Shown one piece after another: positions 15,273 through 25,569 of a DNA stretch of 32,492 nt. The first letter of the stretch is position 1; the number at the start of each line of letters is the position of its first letter. Position numbers and translations under genes: made by a program. A model generated the notes under the pieces. That model had not been told where the DNA came from. It made no database searches and saw nothing but the letters and a program-made list of their open reading frames with translations. Source of the DNA: Gemmatimonadales bacterium (GTDB taxonomy: Bacteria; Gemmatimonadota; Gemmatimonadetes; Gemmatimonadales; GWC2-71-9); the NCBI GenBank assembly GCA_044221825.1, contig JBGAOL010000004.1:1-32492 (forward strand), written 5' to 3'.

Positions 15273-18200
15273 TCAGTACTCCCGTTCCCAGAGCAGGTCG
15301 AGGCCGACCTGGTAGCGGTTCACCGACAGCGTCGGCTGGTTGAGCGCCGACTGGCAGGAGTACGACGGCTCCACGGCGCCCTTGAGGCGCAGCTCGCGGC
15401 TCATGCGGTATTCCGCGTTGGGATAGAAGCGCTGGGTGTTGGTGCAGAGGTCGGCCACCACGGTCACGAACCAGCGCCGCCCGATCTGCCAGCCCGCCGC
15501 CACCTGCGCCAGCTGGGCGGTGGTGTTGTCGCCGCCGTTCAGCGTGGCCTGGCCGGTGCTGCCGGTGCGGATGTCGATGTAGTCGATCGGCACGCCGAGG
15601 TCGCTGATGAGCGCCCGCTGCAGCTCGCTCGAGAAGGCGCTGGTGAGGTAGGTGAGCCCGGCCTGCACCGCCGCCAGCTGGCTCCCCTGCCCGCCACCGC
15701 CCACGCCCTGCAGGCTGAAGGTGGGCCGCCCGAACATGAGGTACGACACCAGTTCCGTCTGCGACAGCGCCGGCCGGTCCGCGGTGACGGCCGAGGTGAG
15801 CTCCAGCTTGGGCTGCAGCAGCGTGCCCGTGATCTTGGCGATCACCGGGATCTCCTCGTTGGTCTCCGCCGCGGTCACCACGTGGCTGGCCTCGATGTCG
15901 AGCTCGGCGTTCAGGTCGGGCGTGCCGAAGTAGCGCACGGTGCCGCGGGTCACCTGGAACTCGCGGGTCACCACGCCGCCGATCCGGAGCGCGTAGCTGC
16001 CGCGCACCGCGTTGAGGGTGCCGTCGTAGCGGTAGCGCTCCCGCGCCTTGGACACGGTGAGCGAGCCGTCGAGCTGGATGTTGGCCTCGCTGGAGCGGAG
16101 CCAGAAGCTCTCGCCCATGGCGATGCGCAGCGTGTCGATGGTCAGCGAGTCGAGGAAGCGGCTCTGGAAGTTGGCACCGAGCCGCTCGGTGCGCACCAGG
16201 TCCAGGTCGATGAGCCCGCTGTCGGCGGGGTTCTCGAGGTCCACGATCCGCTTGGTGAGCAGGTCGGCGAAGTGCAGGTTGCCCTCATCGGCAGTGACCC
16301 GGCCGGTGAGGTGCGGGCGCGCCAGGGGGCCCTCGAGCTCGATGGTGCCGCTGGCGTCGAGCGTGAGGAAGCGGCGCGAGTCGATGAAGCGGAAGCGCCG
16401 GGCGCGCAGCACCAGGTCGAGCGCCGGGCGGGTGAGCTGCTCCAGGCGCACCAGCCCGCTGACGCGGATGTTGCCGTCGCCGCTGCGGGCCGCCAGGGAA
16501 TCGAGCAGCACCGAGTCGCCGGTGAGGCGGGCGCGGGCGGTGAGGTCGCGGTAGCGGACGCCGAGGCCGGGGACGGTGGCATCACCGTTGTCGATGGCGA
16601 GGGTGCCGCCGAGGCGGGGCGCGTCCCAGGTGCCCTCGATGGAGAGGTCGGCGCGGAGGGTGCCCCGCACCCGGCGCAGGTTCCGGGTGAAGGCCTCGGT
16701 GACGCCGAGGTCGGTGCTGTCGGCCACCAGCCGCACGTGGAGCGGGCCGGCCACCTGGCGCTTCGGACGCGCCTCGAGGGCCAGGTCGAGCGGGAGCCCG
16801 GCCTCGATGCGGAGCACCGGGGCGCCGGTCTTCCAGAGGAGCAGGTTGGCGTCGAGCCGCCGGTCCTCGTAGTTGAGGATCCCCTGCACGAAGGGCGAGC
16901 CGAACTCCCCGAACGAGGCGTCCGCCAGGGCGCCGGTGCCCCGCAGGAGCGGGGCGGCCGCGGTGCCGCCGATCTCGAGGTCGAGCTGCAGGGTGCCGGC
17001 CACGTTGCTGGTGTCGCGCTCGAGCAGGGTGTACACGTCGCGGAGCGGCAGGCCCACCACGCTCACCGCCAGGTTGCCCGGCGCCTGCCGCGGGAGGGTC
17101 CCGGCCACGGTGATGGACCCCGAGCCGTCCGCGGCCGCGAGCCGCGCCGGCGTGAAGCTGACGCGCCCGGTGCCGAGCCCGGCCGTCACCGGCTGCTCCA
17201 GGCGCCAGGCGTGCTCGGGGAGCCGGGCCACGAGGCTGTCCACGGTGAGCACGCTCGAGTCCGGCAGGCGCCACAGCGAGCCGGCGCCGGAGAGCCCCGC
17301 CTCCGGCCCCACCCGGCCGCCCGCCAGCCAGCGGAGCGAGTCCTGCCACCCGCCCACCACCACGTCGAGGTCCCGGAGCACCCAGGTGCCCACCACCACG
17401 CTGTCGGCGCGCACGGCGCCGCCGATCTCCGGCCGGGTGGCGCGCTGCCAGCCGAAGCCGAGCGCCACCTCCGGGGTCCGCACCCCGCGCCAGCGGAGCG
17501 CGCGGGCGCGGGCCTGCAGCAGCACCCGCGGCGCCTCGAGCGTGCCGATGACGTCCACCTCCCCGCTGGCCCGGCCGGCGAGCGGCTCGGCGCGGTCGGC
17601 GCTGTCGCTGGCCTCGCCGGCGTAGGTGGTGACGAGCGGGTCGAAGTGTGTCAGGCTTTCCGCCTCGAACGCCAGGTGCAGGCCCGGCCCCTCGCCGCGG
17701 CGCCAGGGGAGCCGCCCGCCGCCGCCGAGGCGGCCGCCGGTCCAGGCCAGGACGAGGGTGTCGAGCGCCACGGTGGCGCCGTCGCCCTCGGCCTGGAGGT
17801 GGAGGCTGTCGAAGGGCACCTCGCGCACCTGGCCCGGCGCCAGGTCCAGGCGCAGGGTGCCGCGGGGGCCGGCCACGCTGTCGTACTGGCCGTCGGCCGT
17901 GAAGCTGCCGGTGAGGCGGGTGGCGGGGCCCCGGCCGGTGAGCGCGGCGAGGTCCAGGCGCTGGAAGCGGCCCTCGAGCCCGCGGGCCGCGAGCGGGCCG
18001 CCCGCCCCCGGCTCCACCACGCCGCGGAGCGCCAGCCGCCCGGCGGCCCCCGTCAGGTCCACGTCGGCTGGAAGCTGTCGGGCGTGCCGGCCAGCGCCAC
18101 GAGGCCGGTGACGCTGCCGCGCACCGGCAGGTTGGGATAGCTCGGCCGCACCCCCTCGAAGGCCAGCGGCGCCACCATGAGCCGGGTGTCGAAGCGGAGC

Positions 18201-19762
18201 GTGTCGGCGCGGGTGTCGAGGTAGGCGCGGCCGCTGGCGGCGCTCTGGGGGGCGTCGCCGTCCCGGTGGGCCAGGTCGCCCTCGAAGGTGACGGCCTTCC
18301 AGGGGCCCGCCAGGCGGCCCACCAGCAGCAGCCGGCCCTGGAGCGCCACCGCCGGCGCCAGCCGCCGGACGGTGCGGAGGTCCACGTCGGTGCTGTCGAG
18401 CACCAGCGTGTCGAAGGTCATCCCGTTGGCGCCGCCCAGGCGCAGGTGGCCGTAGCTGCGGACGCGGGTGGCGGCCCCGCCCGGGATGTCCCGGTCCCGG
18501 TAGGTGAGGTCGGTGCGGAGGTCCAGGCCGTCGAGGTAGCCATCGCCCTCGAGGCGGCCGGTGAGGGTGCCGCGCAGCGGCAGGGTGTCGAGCCAGGGGC
18601 GCGGGACGTCGAGGTCGAGCGCGTCGAGGTCGAGCATCATCCCCTCGACGCCGAGGCCGCGGCGCTGGTCGAGCACCACGGTGACGTCGCCGGTGGCGCG
18701 GCCCGCCGCGCCGGCGAGGTCGAGGTCGGTGAGGGTGTAGGCGGTGGTGACGTCGCTGCGCGAGAACGCCACCACGTGCCCCCGCCCCGTCATGCTGGGG
18801 AAGTCGGGGGAGATCCAGCGCAGGTCCGCCAGGTTCACGTGCGGCGACGCGAGCTGGAAGTCGTACAGGATGGGCCCGCGCGGCCAGGTGACCCGCCCCG
18901 CCACCCGGGTGTCCGGGAGGGCGGCGTGGTGCACCGTGAACGCCAGCGTGTCGGCGCGCTGCCAGCCGTCGGCGGCCAGGTCCGTGAACGCGGGGTCGCT
19001 GAGCCAGCGTGTCGCTCGTTCTTCGCGCTGGCCGTTGGTCAGGTCGGTGTCGAGCGCGGGATCGCTGAGCCGGGTGGTCAGCGTGTCGATGGCGAAGGTG
19101 AGCGGCTCGTTCTTCGGGCTGCTGATGAGGAGCCGGGCCAGGCGCGCGTCGAGCGCCTCGAAGCGGAGGATGCGGCGGAGCCCGTCCGGGGTGGCCCGGA
19201 TCTCGCGCCCCGGCCGGGCCCGCTCGGCGGCGAGGGCGGAGTCCTGCTGGGTCCGGGAAAGGGTGTCCGGCGCCTTCCACGGCAGCCGCACCTCGATGCG
19301 CCCATCCTGGATGGCCAGGCCGCGGAGTTCCACCAGCGGCTTGGCGCCGGTACCCGGCGGGCCCTCGCCCAGCTTGAAGATCTCCTGGTAGTTGAAGCGG
19401 CCGTTGGCGCGGCGGATGATCCGCACGTCGGGCTCCACCAGCGTGACGTTCCGGAGCACGATGCGGCCCGCCGCGAGGTCGGGCAGCTGGTAGCCCACCA
19501 CCAGGCGCGCCACCGTGGCGAAGGGCTCGCCCGCGCTGTCGCGGATGGCCAGGTCCGCCAGCTCCACGCCGTGCAGGAAGGAGCCCTCCACCCGCGCCAG
19601 CGTGAAGGTGCCGCGGAAGCTGCGCCCCAGCTCGCCCGCCACCAGCCGGCCGAGCGTGGCGGCGCCCGCGCCGGTGTAGAGCAAGGCGCCCACCGTGCCG
19701 AGCAGCGCCGGCACCAGGGCCACGAGGACCGCGAGCAGGCCGCGGAGCGCGCGCCGCCTCAA
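15273..19762 (-). pseudogene. tamB: Translocation/assembly module TamB, interrupted by a single-base frameshift near 18068 (real or sequencing error)
   Basis: N-terminal part 19762-18053 (TTG start overlapping the tamA stop, TM anchor, beta-rich) ends GTPDSFQPTWT*. The C-terminal part continues ADVDLTG... in another frame to a DUF490-like end (..DLLWEREY). Confidence 0.8.
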
Positions 19763-21882
19763 AACGCCTGCCCGAAGCTGAAGTGGTAGGTGAGCCGGCT
19801 GCCGCGCTTGAGCACGAAGTCGGTCTGCACCAGCTGCAGGGTGCCGTCGCTCTTCTGCAGGTAGAGGGCGCCCGGCGGGCGGTCGTAGCCGTTGTAGCCG
19901 ATGTCGAAGCGCGCGGGTCCGAGCGGCGTGGCGATCCGCAGGCCGATGCCGGGTGTCACCCGCACCTGGATCGGGGCCAGCCGGGTCTTGCCCCGCTCGT
20001 ACAGCGTGCCCGCGTCCACGAAGGCCGCGAAGCGGAGCCGCGAGCTCCAGATGGGCGCCGGCACCCGGAACTCGAGCTGCGCGATGCCGAGGGTGTTGCC
20101 GCCCGTGGCCGAGAAGCGGGTGGCCCGGTCCGAGTTGCCGCGCACCAGCGAGTCGAGCGCCTCGGGCGACAGGCTGTCCGCGCGCAGCACGTACACCAGC
20201 GGCCCGAGCTCGTTCAGGTTGTAGCCGCGCACGTCGTTGGGGCCGCCGGCGTAGAAGCGCTGCTCCGGCGGCACGAAGTTGCCCGAGGCGCTGTCGAGCG
20301 ACACCCGCGGGCTGAAGACCATCCCGCCCCGCACGTGGGCCGAGAGCACGGCGCCCTTCCGGCCCACCGGGAGGTACCACGCGGCGTCGCCGGTGGCCCG
20401 GGTGAAGGTCTGGAACGCGGCGGAGCCGGTGAGCTGGGAGCTGTGCGCGGCCTCGAAGGTGTACACGTGGCCGCGGCTCGGGTCGAGCGGGTTGTTCTGC
20501 CGCGGCCAGCTGATGCTGGCGGAGACCACGCCGAGGAGCCGGCGCTCCTGCAGCCGGCGGGCGTCTTCCGGCGTGCAGGCGTTGAAGAAGGCGCAGAAGG
20601 TGGCGTCGGTGGCCACCGTGCCGCCGAAGGAGAGCCGGTAGGCCAGCGAGATGGGCACGCGCTGGGACGTCTCGCGCAGGAGCCCGAGGCTCACGCCCAC
20701 CTCCTCGCGGCGGTAGATGGCAAACTCGCTGCGGCGCTCGGCGTAGAGCGCGAGCGTCCCCGTGATGTCCGGCGTGAAGAAGCGCGGCTGGCGCACCGCG
20801 GTGGTCACGTTGTAGTTGGCCAGCGCCGAGCCGATGGGATCGTCCTTGAGGCTCGAGCAGATGGAGTTCTCGAGCCCGAGCCCGAAGGGCGTGCCCACCC
20901 CCACCTTGGAGACGCGGCCCGTCACCTCGAAGCGGCGGCCGGTGCCGAGGAGGTTCCGGTCGGTCCACCCCGCGCCGCCGCGGAAGCAGTCGTTGGTGCC
21001 GTAGCCGATGCCGCTCGTGACCCGATGCGCCGGGCCCTCGGAGACCACCACCGTCACCGGCACCACGCTGCTGTCGGCGGCATAGCGGGTGCTGTCGATC
21101 GTGACCGTGGCCAGGCGGAAGAGCTGCGTGGTGTAGAGCTTCCGCTGGCTCTGGAACAATTCTTCCTGGGAGAACCGCTGCCCCGGCCGCACCGCGAGCA
21201 GCTGGCGGACGAAGGTGGTGTCCACCCCGCGCGCGCCCTCCACCCGGATGGCGCCGAAGTGCGAGCGCGGCCCCGGCACCACCTCGAGCGACGCCTCCGC
21301 CCGGCGCGCCTCGCGGTCCACGTCGAAGGTGCGGAACACCTCCACCGCGGGGTAGCCGCGATCGCGGAGCCGCGCCACGATGGTGTCGGCACTGGCCTGG
21401 AAGAGGAACCGGTCGAAGGGCTGGCCCTCCTCCAGCGGCAGCGCGTCGCGCGTGGCCTCGGCGTCGGGCAGCGAGTCGAGGCCGGTCACCGTGAAGCGCC
21501 GCACCACCACCGGCGGGCCCTCGCGGATCTTGAACGTGAGGTGCACGTTCCCCCGGTCCCGCCGCACCACGGTGTCCACCTGCACCTCCATGAACCCGCT
21601 CTGCCGGTAGAGCAGGATGAGCCGCAGCACGTCGCGCCGGAACTCGATCGGGTCGAAGTAGCGCTTCTCCCCAAGGCCGATCCAGCGGAAGTACCACGCC
21701 GTGGCGAAGGTGCTCGAGTTGGTGGTGCCGATCGCGATGCTCAGGCGATAGTCGTCGATCGCATGGTTGCCCTCGAACTCGAGCCCGCGCACCACCAGCG
21801 GCCGGTCCGCCTGCGCCCATCCTGCGCGAGGCAGGACGAGCCCGAGCAGCGCGAGCGCAAGGAGCAGCGCGCGGCGCGTCAC
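19759..21882 (-). CDS. Omp85-family outer membrane protein (TamA/BamA-like, POTRA domains plus beta-barrel)
   Basis: Signal peptide, POTRA segments (FEGN, YRQSGF, LRDRGY), FYAGGPNDVRGY, GLRIATPLGPARFD, C-terminal FSFGQAF. Adjacent to tamB. Confidence 0.92.
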   Translation of the reverse strand: MTRRALLLALALLGLVLPRAGWAQADRPLVVRGLEFEGNHAIDDYRLSIAIGTTNSSTFATAWYFRWIGLGEKRYFDPIEFRRDVLRLILLYRQSGFMEVQVDTVVRRDRGNVHLTFKIREGPPVVVRRFTVTGLDSLPDAEATRDALPLEEGQPFDRFLFQASADTIVARLRDRGYPAVEVFRTFDVDREARRAEASLEVVPGPRSHFGAIRVEGARGVDTTFVRQLLAVRPGQRFSQEELFQSQRKLYTTQLFRLATVTIDSTRYAADSSVVPVTVVVSEGPAHRVTSGIGYGTNDCFRGGAGWTDRNLLGTGRRFEVTGRVSKVGVGTPFGLGLENSICSSLKDDPIGSALANYNVTTAVRQPRFFTPDITGTLALYAERRSEFAIYRREEVGVSLGLLRETSQRVPISLAYRLSFGGTVATDATFCAFFNACTPEDARRLQERRLLGVVSASISWPRQNNPLDPSRGHVYTFEAAHSSQLTGSAAFQTFTRATGDAAWYLPVGRKGAVLSAHVRGGMVFSPRVSLDSASGNFVPPEQRFYAGGPNDVRGYNLNELGPLVYVLRADSLSPEALDSLVRGNSDRATRFSATGGNTLGIAQLEFRVPAPIWSSRLRFAAFVDAGTLYERGKTRLAPIQVRVTPGIGLRIATPLGPARFDIGYNGYDRPPGALYLQKSDGTLQLVQTDFVLKRGSRLTYHFSFGQAF

Positions 21883-21927
21883 AAAATCAGACAGTCGAGG
21901 GGGCGCCGGACCGCCCCGGGGTCGGAA

Positions 21928-21956
21928 TTGACGACATGGTCCAAGTGCTGTAGGAT
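21928..21956 (+). promoter_or_regulatory. Sigma-70-type promoter for dacB
   Basis: TTGACG-17 nt-TAGGAT. Confidence 0.65.
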
Positions 21957-21980
21957 GGCGGGGTTACACCAGAGAGTCAA
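21952..21980 (-). promoter_or_regulatory. Sigma-70-type promoter for the tamA operon
   Basis: On the minus strand, TTGACT-17 nt-CATCCT. Its -10 overlaps the plus-strand -10. Confidence 0.5.
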
Positions 21981-22008
21981 CGTTCCCGACAGTCGCCATG
22001 AGGGCTGA

Positions 22009-23589
22009 ATGAAACATGTGCAGCGGGCCGGGCACGTCCCCGGCCGGATCGGTGCGCGTCCTGCGGCCTCCCGCCCGGTTTTCGTCGCCCTCCTGATGCT
22101 ACTGACGGCGGCGCTCGCGGCCGCCGCACCCGCCCCGCTCGCCGCCCAGCTCAACCGGCGCGCCACGCGCATCCTCGACTCGCTGCTCGACAGCCCGCCG
22201 CTCGAGCGCGCCCTCTGGGGCGTGGCCCTGCTCGACGAGCGCGGCAAGCTCCTCTTCGGCCGGAACGCCGACCGCCTCTTCATCCCCGCCAGCAACACCA
22301 AGCTCGTCGTCACCGGGGTGGCCGCCTCCCTCCTCCCGGGCGACTTCCGTACAAAGACGAGCGTCTACGCCGCCGGCCCCGTGGTGGACGGCGCCGTCCA
22401 GGGCGACCTGGTCCTCTACGGCCGCGGCGACCCGACCTTCGGCAAGCGCTGCTACGCCACCGACACCCTCCTCCCCGGCGCCTGCGACCGCGACCCCCTG
22501 GCCCGGCTCCGCGACCTGGCCCGCACCCTCCACGACGCCGGCGTCCGCACCGTGGTCGGCGACCTCGTGGGCGACGGCTCCTGGTTCGACGCCGAGATCC
22601 TGCACCCCGCCTGGGAGAACTACGACCTCAGCTGGTGGTTCGCCGCGCCCGTGAGCGGCCTCGGCTTCAACGACAACAGCGTGGACATCACCTGGGGCCC
22701 CGGCCCCGCCGTGGGCGCCCCCGCCACCCTGAGCTTCACTCCCGACCTCGGCGACGTCACCCTCGAGAACCGCACCGTCACCGTGGCCGCCGGCGGCGCC
22801 AGCGACATCGGCGACCGCATGTTCCGCGAGCCCGGCTCGCTCCGCCTCTGGGCCGAGGGCACCGTGGCCGCGGACGCGCGGGGCGGGCTCGAGTCCTTCG
22901 CCATGCCCGACCCCGCCCTCTTCACCGCCCGCGCCTTCCGCCAGGCGCTGGCCGAGGCAGGCATTTCCGTGCAGGGCACCACCCGGAGCACCACCGACAG
23001 CCTGCGCTACCGCCACCTCCGCCTCACCCCCGCGCTGGCCGAGGTGGAGGGCCGGCCGCTCCGCGACTGGATCTTCCCCATCCTCAACACCAGCCAGAAC
23101 TGGTACGCCGACATGCTGCTCAAGCAGCTGGGCCGCCAGTTCGGCGTGGCGGGATCGTGGGACGAGGGCCGGCAGGTGGAGCGGCGCTTCCTGATCGACT
23201 CGGTGGGGATCGACTCCACGCTCGTCGCCGTGGACGACGGTTCCGGCCTCTCGGCCGCCAACCTCGTGGCACCGATGGCGTTCGCGCAGCTGCTGCGCTA
23301 CATCCGCTCGCACCACGGCTGGGAGACCTTCCGCCCCGGCCTCCCGCAGGCGGGCAACACCGGCTCGCTCAGGAACCGGTTCCGCGGCACGCTGCTCGAG
23401 GGCGCCGTGGAGGCCAAGACCGGGAGCATCGCGCGGGTCAACACGCTCTCCGGCTACTTCACCGTGGACGGGAAGACGTACACCTTCTCGGTGATGGCCA
23501 ATCACCACGTGGCCGGCGGCCGCCGTGCAATCGCGCAGATCGACAGCGTCGTGGTGGCCATGGCGCGCGCCGTGAAGCGCGGCCGCTGA
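22009..23589 (+). CDS. dacB: D-Ala-D-Ala carboxypeptidase/endopeptidase (PBP4, peptidase S13). True start may be somewhat downstream.
   Basis: PASNTK (SxxK), GRGDPT, SQN (SxN), DGSGLS, AKTGS (KTG). Confidence 0.95.
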   Translation: MKHVQRAGHVPGRIGARPAASRPVFVALLMLLTAALAAAAPAPLAAQLNRRATRILDSLLDSPPLERALWGVALLDERGKLLFGRNADRLFIPASNTKLVVTGVAASLLPGDFRTKTSVYAAGPVVDGAVQGDLVLYGRGDPTFGKRCYATDTLLPGACDRDPLARLRDLARTLHDAGVRTVVGDLVGDGSWFDAEILHPAWENYDLSWWFAAPVSGLGFNDNSVDITWGPGPAVGAPATLSFTPDLGDVTLENRTVTVAAGGASDIGDRMFREPGSLRLWAEGTVAADARGGLESFAMPDPALFTARAFRQALAEAGISVQGTTRSTTDSLRYRHLRLTPALAEVEGRPLRDWIFPILNTSQNWYADMLLKQLGRQFGVAGSWDEGRQVERRFLIDSVGIDSTLVAVDDGSGLSAANLVAPMAFAQLLRYIRSHHGWETFRPGLPQAGNTGSLRNRFRGTLLEGAVEAKTGSIARVNTLSGYFTVDGKTYTFSVMANHHVAGGRRAIAQIDSVVVAMARAVKRGR

Positions 23590-23603
23590 CCCGAGGAGGT
23601 CCC

Positions 23604-24089
23604 GTGCAGCTCCTGCTCATCCGCCACGCCGACGCCGGCGAGCACGACCCGAGCCTCTGGCCCGACGACACCCTGCGCCCGCTCACCGACAAGGGCCGCA
23701 GGCGCCACCGCCGCGTCGCGAAGCAGCTCCGCAAGCGCGGGCTCGTGCCCACCCTGCTCCTCGCCTCCCCCTGGCTCCGTGCCTGGCAGACGGCCGTGAT
23801 CACCACCGAGTTTGCCCGGGGGCCGGCGCCGCTCGCGAGCCCCGCGCTCGCGGAGGCGCCGCATCTCGGCCGCCTCGCCAGCGCCATCGGCAGCGCCGGC
23901 GACGACGCCGTCGTGGCGCTGGTGGGCCACGAGCCCTGGCTCGGTCACCTCGCTTCCCTCCTCCTGGCGGGCGACCCGACCGGCCTCGCCATCGACTTCC
24001 CCAAGTCCGGCGTGCTCGGCCTCGAGCTGGCCGAAGTGAAGGCCGGCGCGGCCCACCTCCGCTTCTTCTGGCGCCCCAAGGGCGGCTGA
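23604..24089 (+). CDS. sixA: SixA-like phosphohistidine phosphatase
   Basis: LLLIRHADA, RPLTDKG, SPWLRAWQTA, LVGHEP. GAGGAGG RBS and GTG start. Confidence 0.88.
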   Translation: MQLLLIRHADAGEHDPSLWPDDTLRPLTDKGRRRHRRVAKQLRKRGLVPTLLLASPWLRAWQTAVITTEFARGPAPLASPALAEAPHLGRLASAIGSAGDDAVVALVGHEPWLGHLASLLLAGDPTGLAIDFPKSGVLGLELAEVKAGAAHLRFFWRPKGG

Positions 24090-24188
24090 TCCCGACGATT
24101 CCCGCCTGCTTTGCCACCCGCCGGGCCGCGACGCCTCCCGCCGCGCCCGGTGCGGGTTAGCTTACCGCATCACCCGTTCCCCCTCGAC

Positions 24189-25550
24189 ATGCGCATCGCG
24201 ATCATCGGCACCGGCCCCTCGGGATTCTACGCGGCGGAGCACCTGCTCAAGCAGGCGCCGGCCGCGAGCATCGACCTCATCGACCGGCTGCCGACGCCCT
24301 ACGGCCTGGTCCGCGGGGGCGTGGCACCCGACCACCAGAAGATCAAGTCGGTGACCCGCGTCTACGAGCGCATCGCCGCCGATCCGCGGGTGCGCTTCCT
24401 GGGGCACGTCGAGGTGGGGAAGGATCTCGCGCGCGAGGAGCTGCTGCGGCATTATCACGCGGTGATCTATGCCGTCGGCGCCCGCAGCGACCGCGCCCTC
24501 GGCATCCCCGGCGAGGCGCTCGCGGGGAGCCACGCGGCCACTGAGTTCGTGGGCTGGTACAACGGCCACCCGGATTACCGCGACCTCGCGTTCGACCTGA
24601 CGCAGGACAGCGTCGCCGTCATCGGCGTCGGGAACGTGGCCATCGACGTGGCCCGCATCCTGGTGCGCACCGAGGCGGAGCTCCAGAAGACCGACATCGC
24701 CGAGCACGCCCGGCAGGCGCTCATCGCCAGCAGCGTGCGGCACGTCTACATGATCGGCCGCCGCGGCCCGGTGCAGGCCGCCTTCACCAACCCCGAGCTC
24801 AAGGAACTGGGCGAGCTCGAGGGCGCCGACGTGGACGTGCGCGCCGAGGACCTGGTGCTCGATCCCGCCAGCGAACACCTCCTGGCCCAGGGCGACGACC
24901 GCACCGCCGAGAAGAACCTGGCCACGCTGCGTGAGTTCGCGGCACGCCCCAAGGCAGGGAAGCCCAAGTGCGTGCACCTGCGCTTCCTCGAGTCGCCGGT
25001 GGCGCTGGAGGGGAGCGGCCGGGTCGAGCGGATGACCCTCGGGAGGAACCGGCTGGTGGCGGGCAGCGGCACCGACGTGAAGGCGGAAGCCACGGGCGAG
25101 ACGACCGTCCTGCCGGTGGGCCTCGTCTTCCGCTCGGTGGGCTACCTCGGCACCGGCCTCCCCGGCGTCCCGCTCGACGCAAGGAAGGGCGTCATCCCCA
25201 ACGTCGAGGGCCGGGTCCAGTCCGCCCCCGGCACCGTGGCCCGCGGGGAGTACGTGGTGGGCTGGATCAAGCGCGGCCCGAGCGGCGTCATCGGCACCAA
25301 CAAGCCGGATGCCGTGGAGAGCGCCGACCGGCTCCTCGAGGACGCGGCCGCCGGCCAGCTCAATGCGCCGGCCGACCCCTCGCCGGAGGCGGTGGACCGG
25401 CTGCTGGCGGGCCGCGGCATCCGCGTGGTGACCTGGCGCGACTGGCAGCTGCTGGACCAGGCCGAGCTGGCCGCGGGCAAGGCGGCCGGCCGGCCGCGGA
25501 TCAAGTTCACGCGGGTGGCGGAGATGCTCGCGGCGCTGCCGCCGGGCTGA
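24189..25550 (+). CDS. Ferredoxin-NADP+ reductase, adrenodoxin-reductase/FprA type
   Basis: IIGTGPSGFYAA, PYGLVRGGVAPDH, FVGWYNGHP, GVGNVAIDVAR, GRRGP, GWIKRGPSGVIGTNK. Confidence 0.93.
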   Translation: MRIAIIGTGPSGFYAAEHLLKQAPAASIDLIDRLPTPYGLVRGGVAPDHQKIKSVTRVYERIAADPRVRFLGHVEVGKDLAREELLRHYHAVIYAVGARSDRALGIPGEALAGSHAATEFVGWYNGHPDYRDLAFDLTQDSVAVIGVGNVAIDVARILVRTEAELQKTDIAEHARQALIASSVRHVYMIGRRGPVQAAFTNPELKELGELEGADVDVRAEDLVLDPASEHLLAQGDDRTAEKNLATLREFAARPKAGKPKCVHLRFLESPVALEGSGRVERMTLGRNRLVAGSGTDVKAEATGETTVLPVGLVFRSVGYLGTGLPGVPLDARKGVIPNVEGRVQSAPGTVARGEYVVGWIKRGPSGVIGTNKPDAVESADRLLEDAAAGQLNAPADPSPEAVDRLLAGRGIRVVTWRDWQLLDQAELAAGKAAGRPRIKFTRVAEMLAALPPG

Positions 25551-25569
25551 ACCTTCTCGGGGAGGCACC

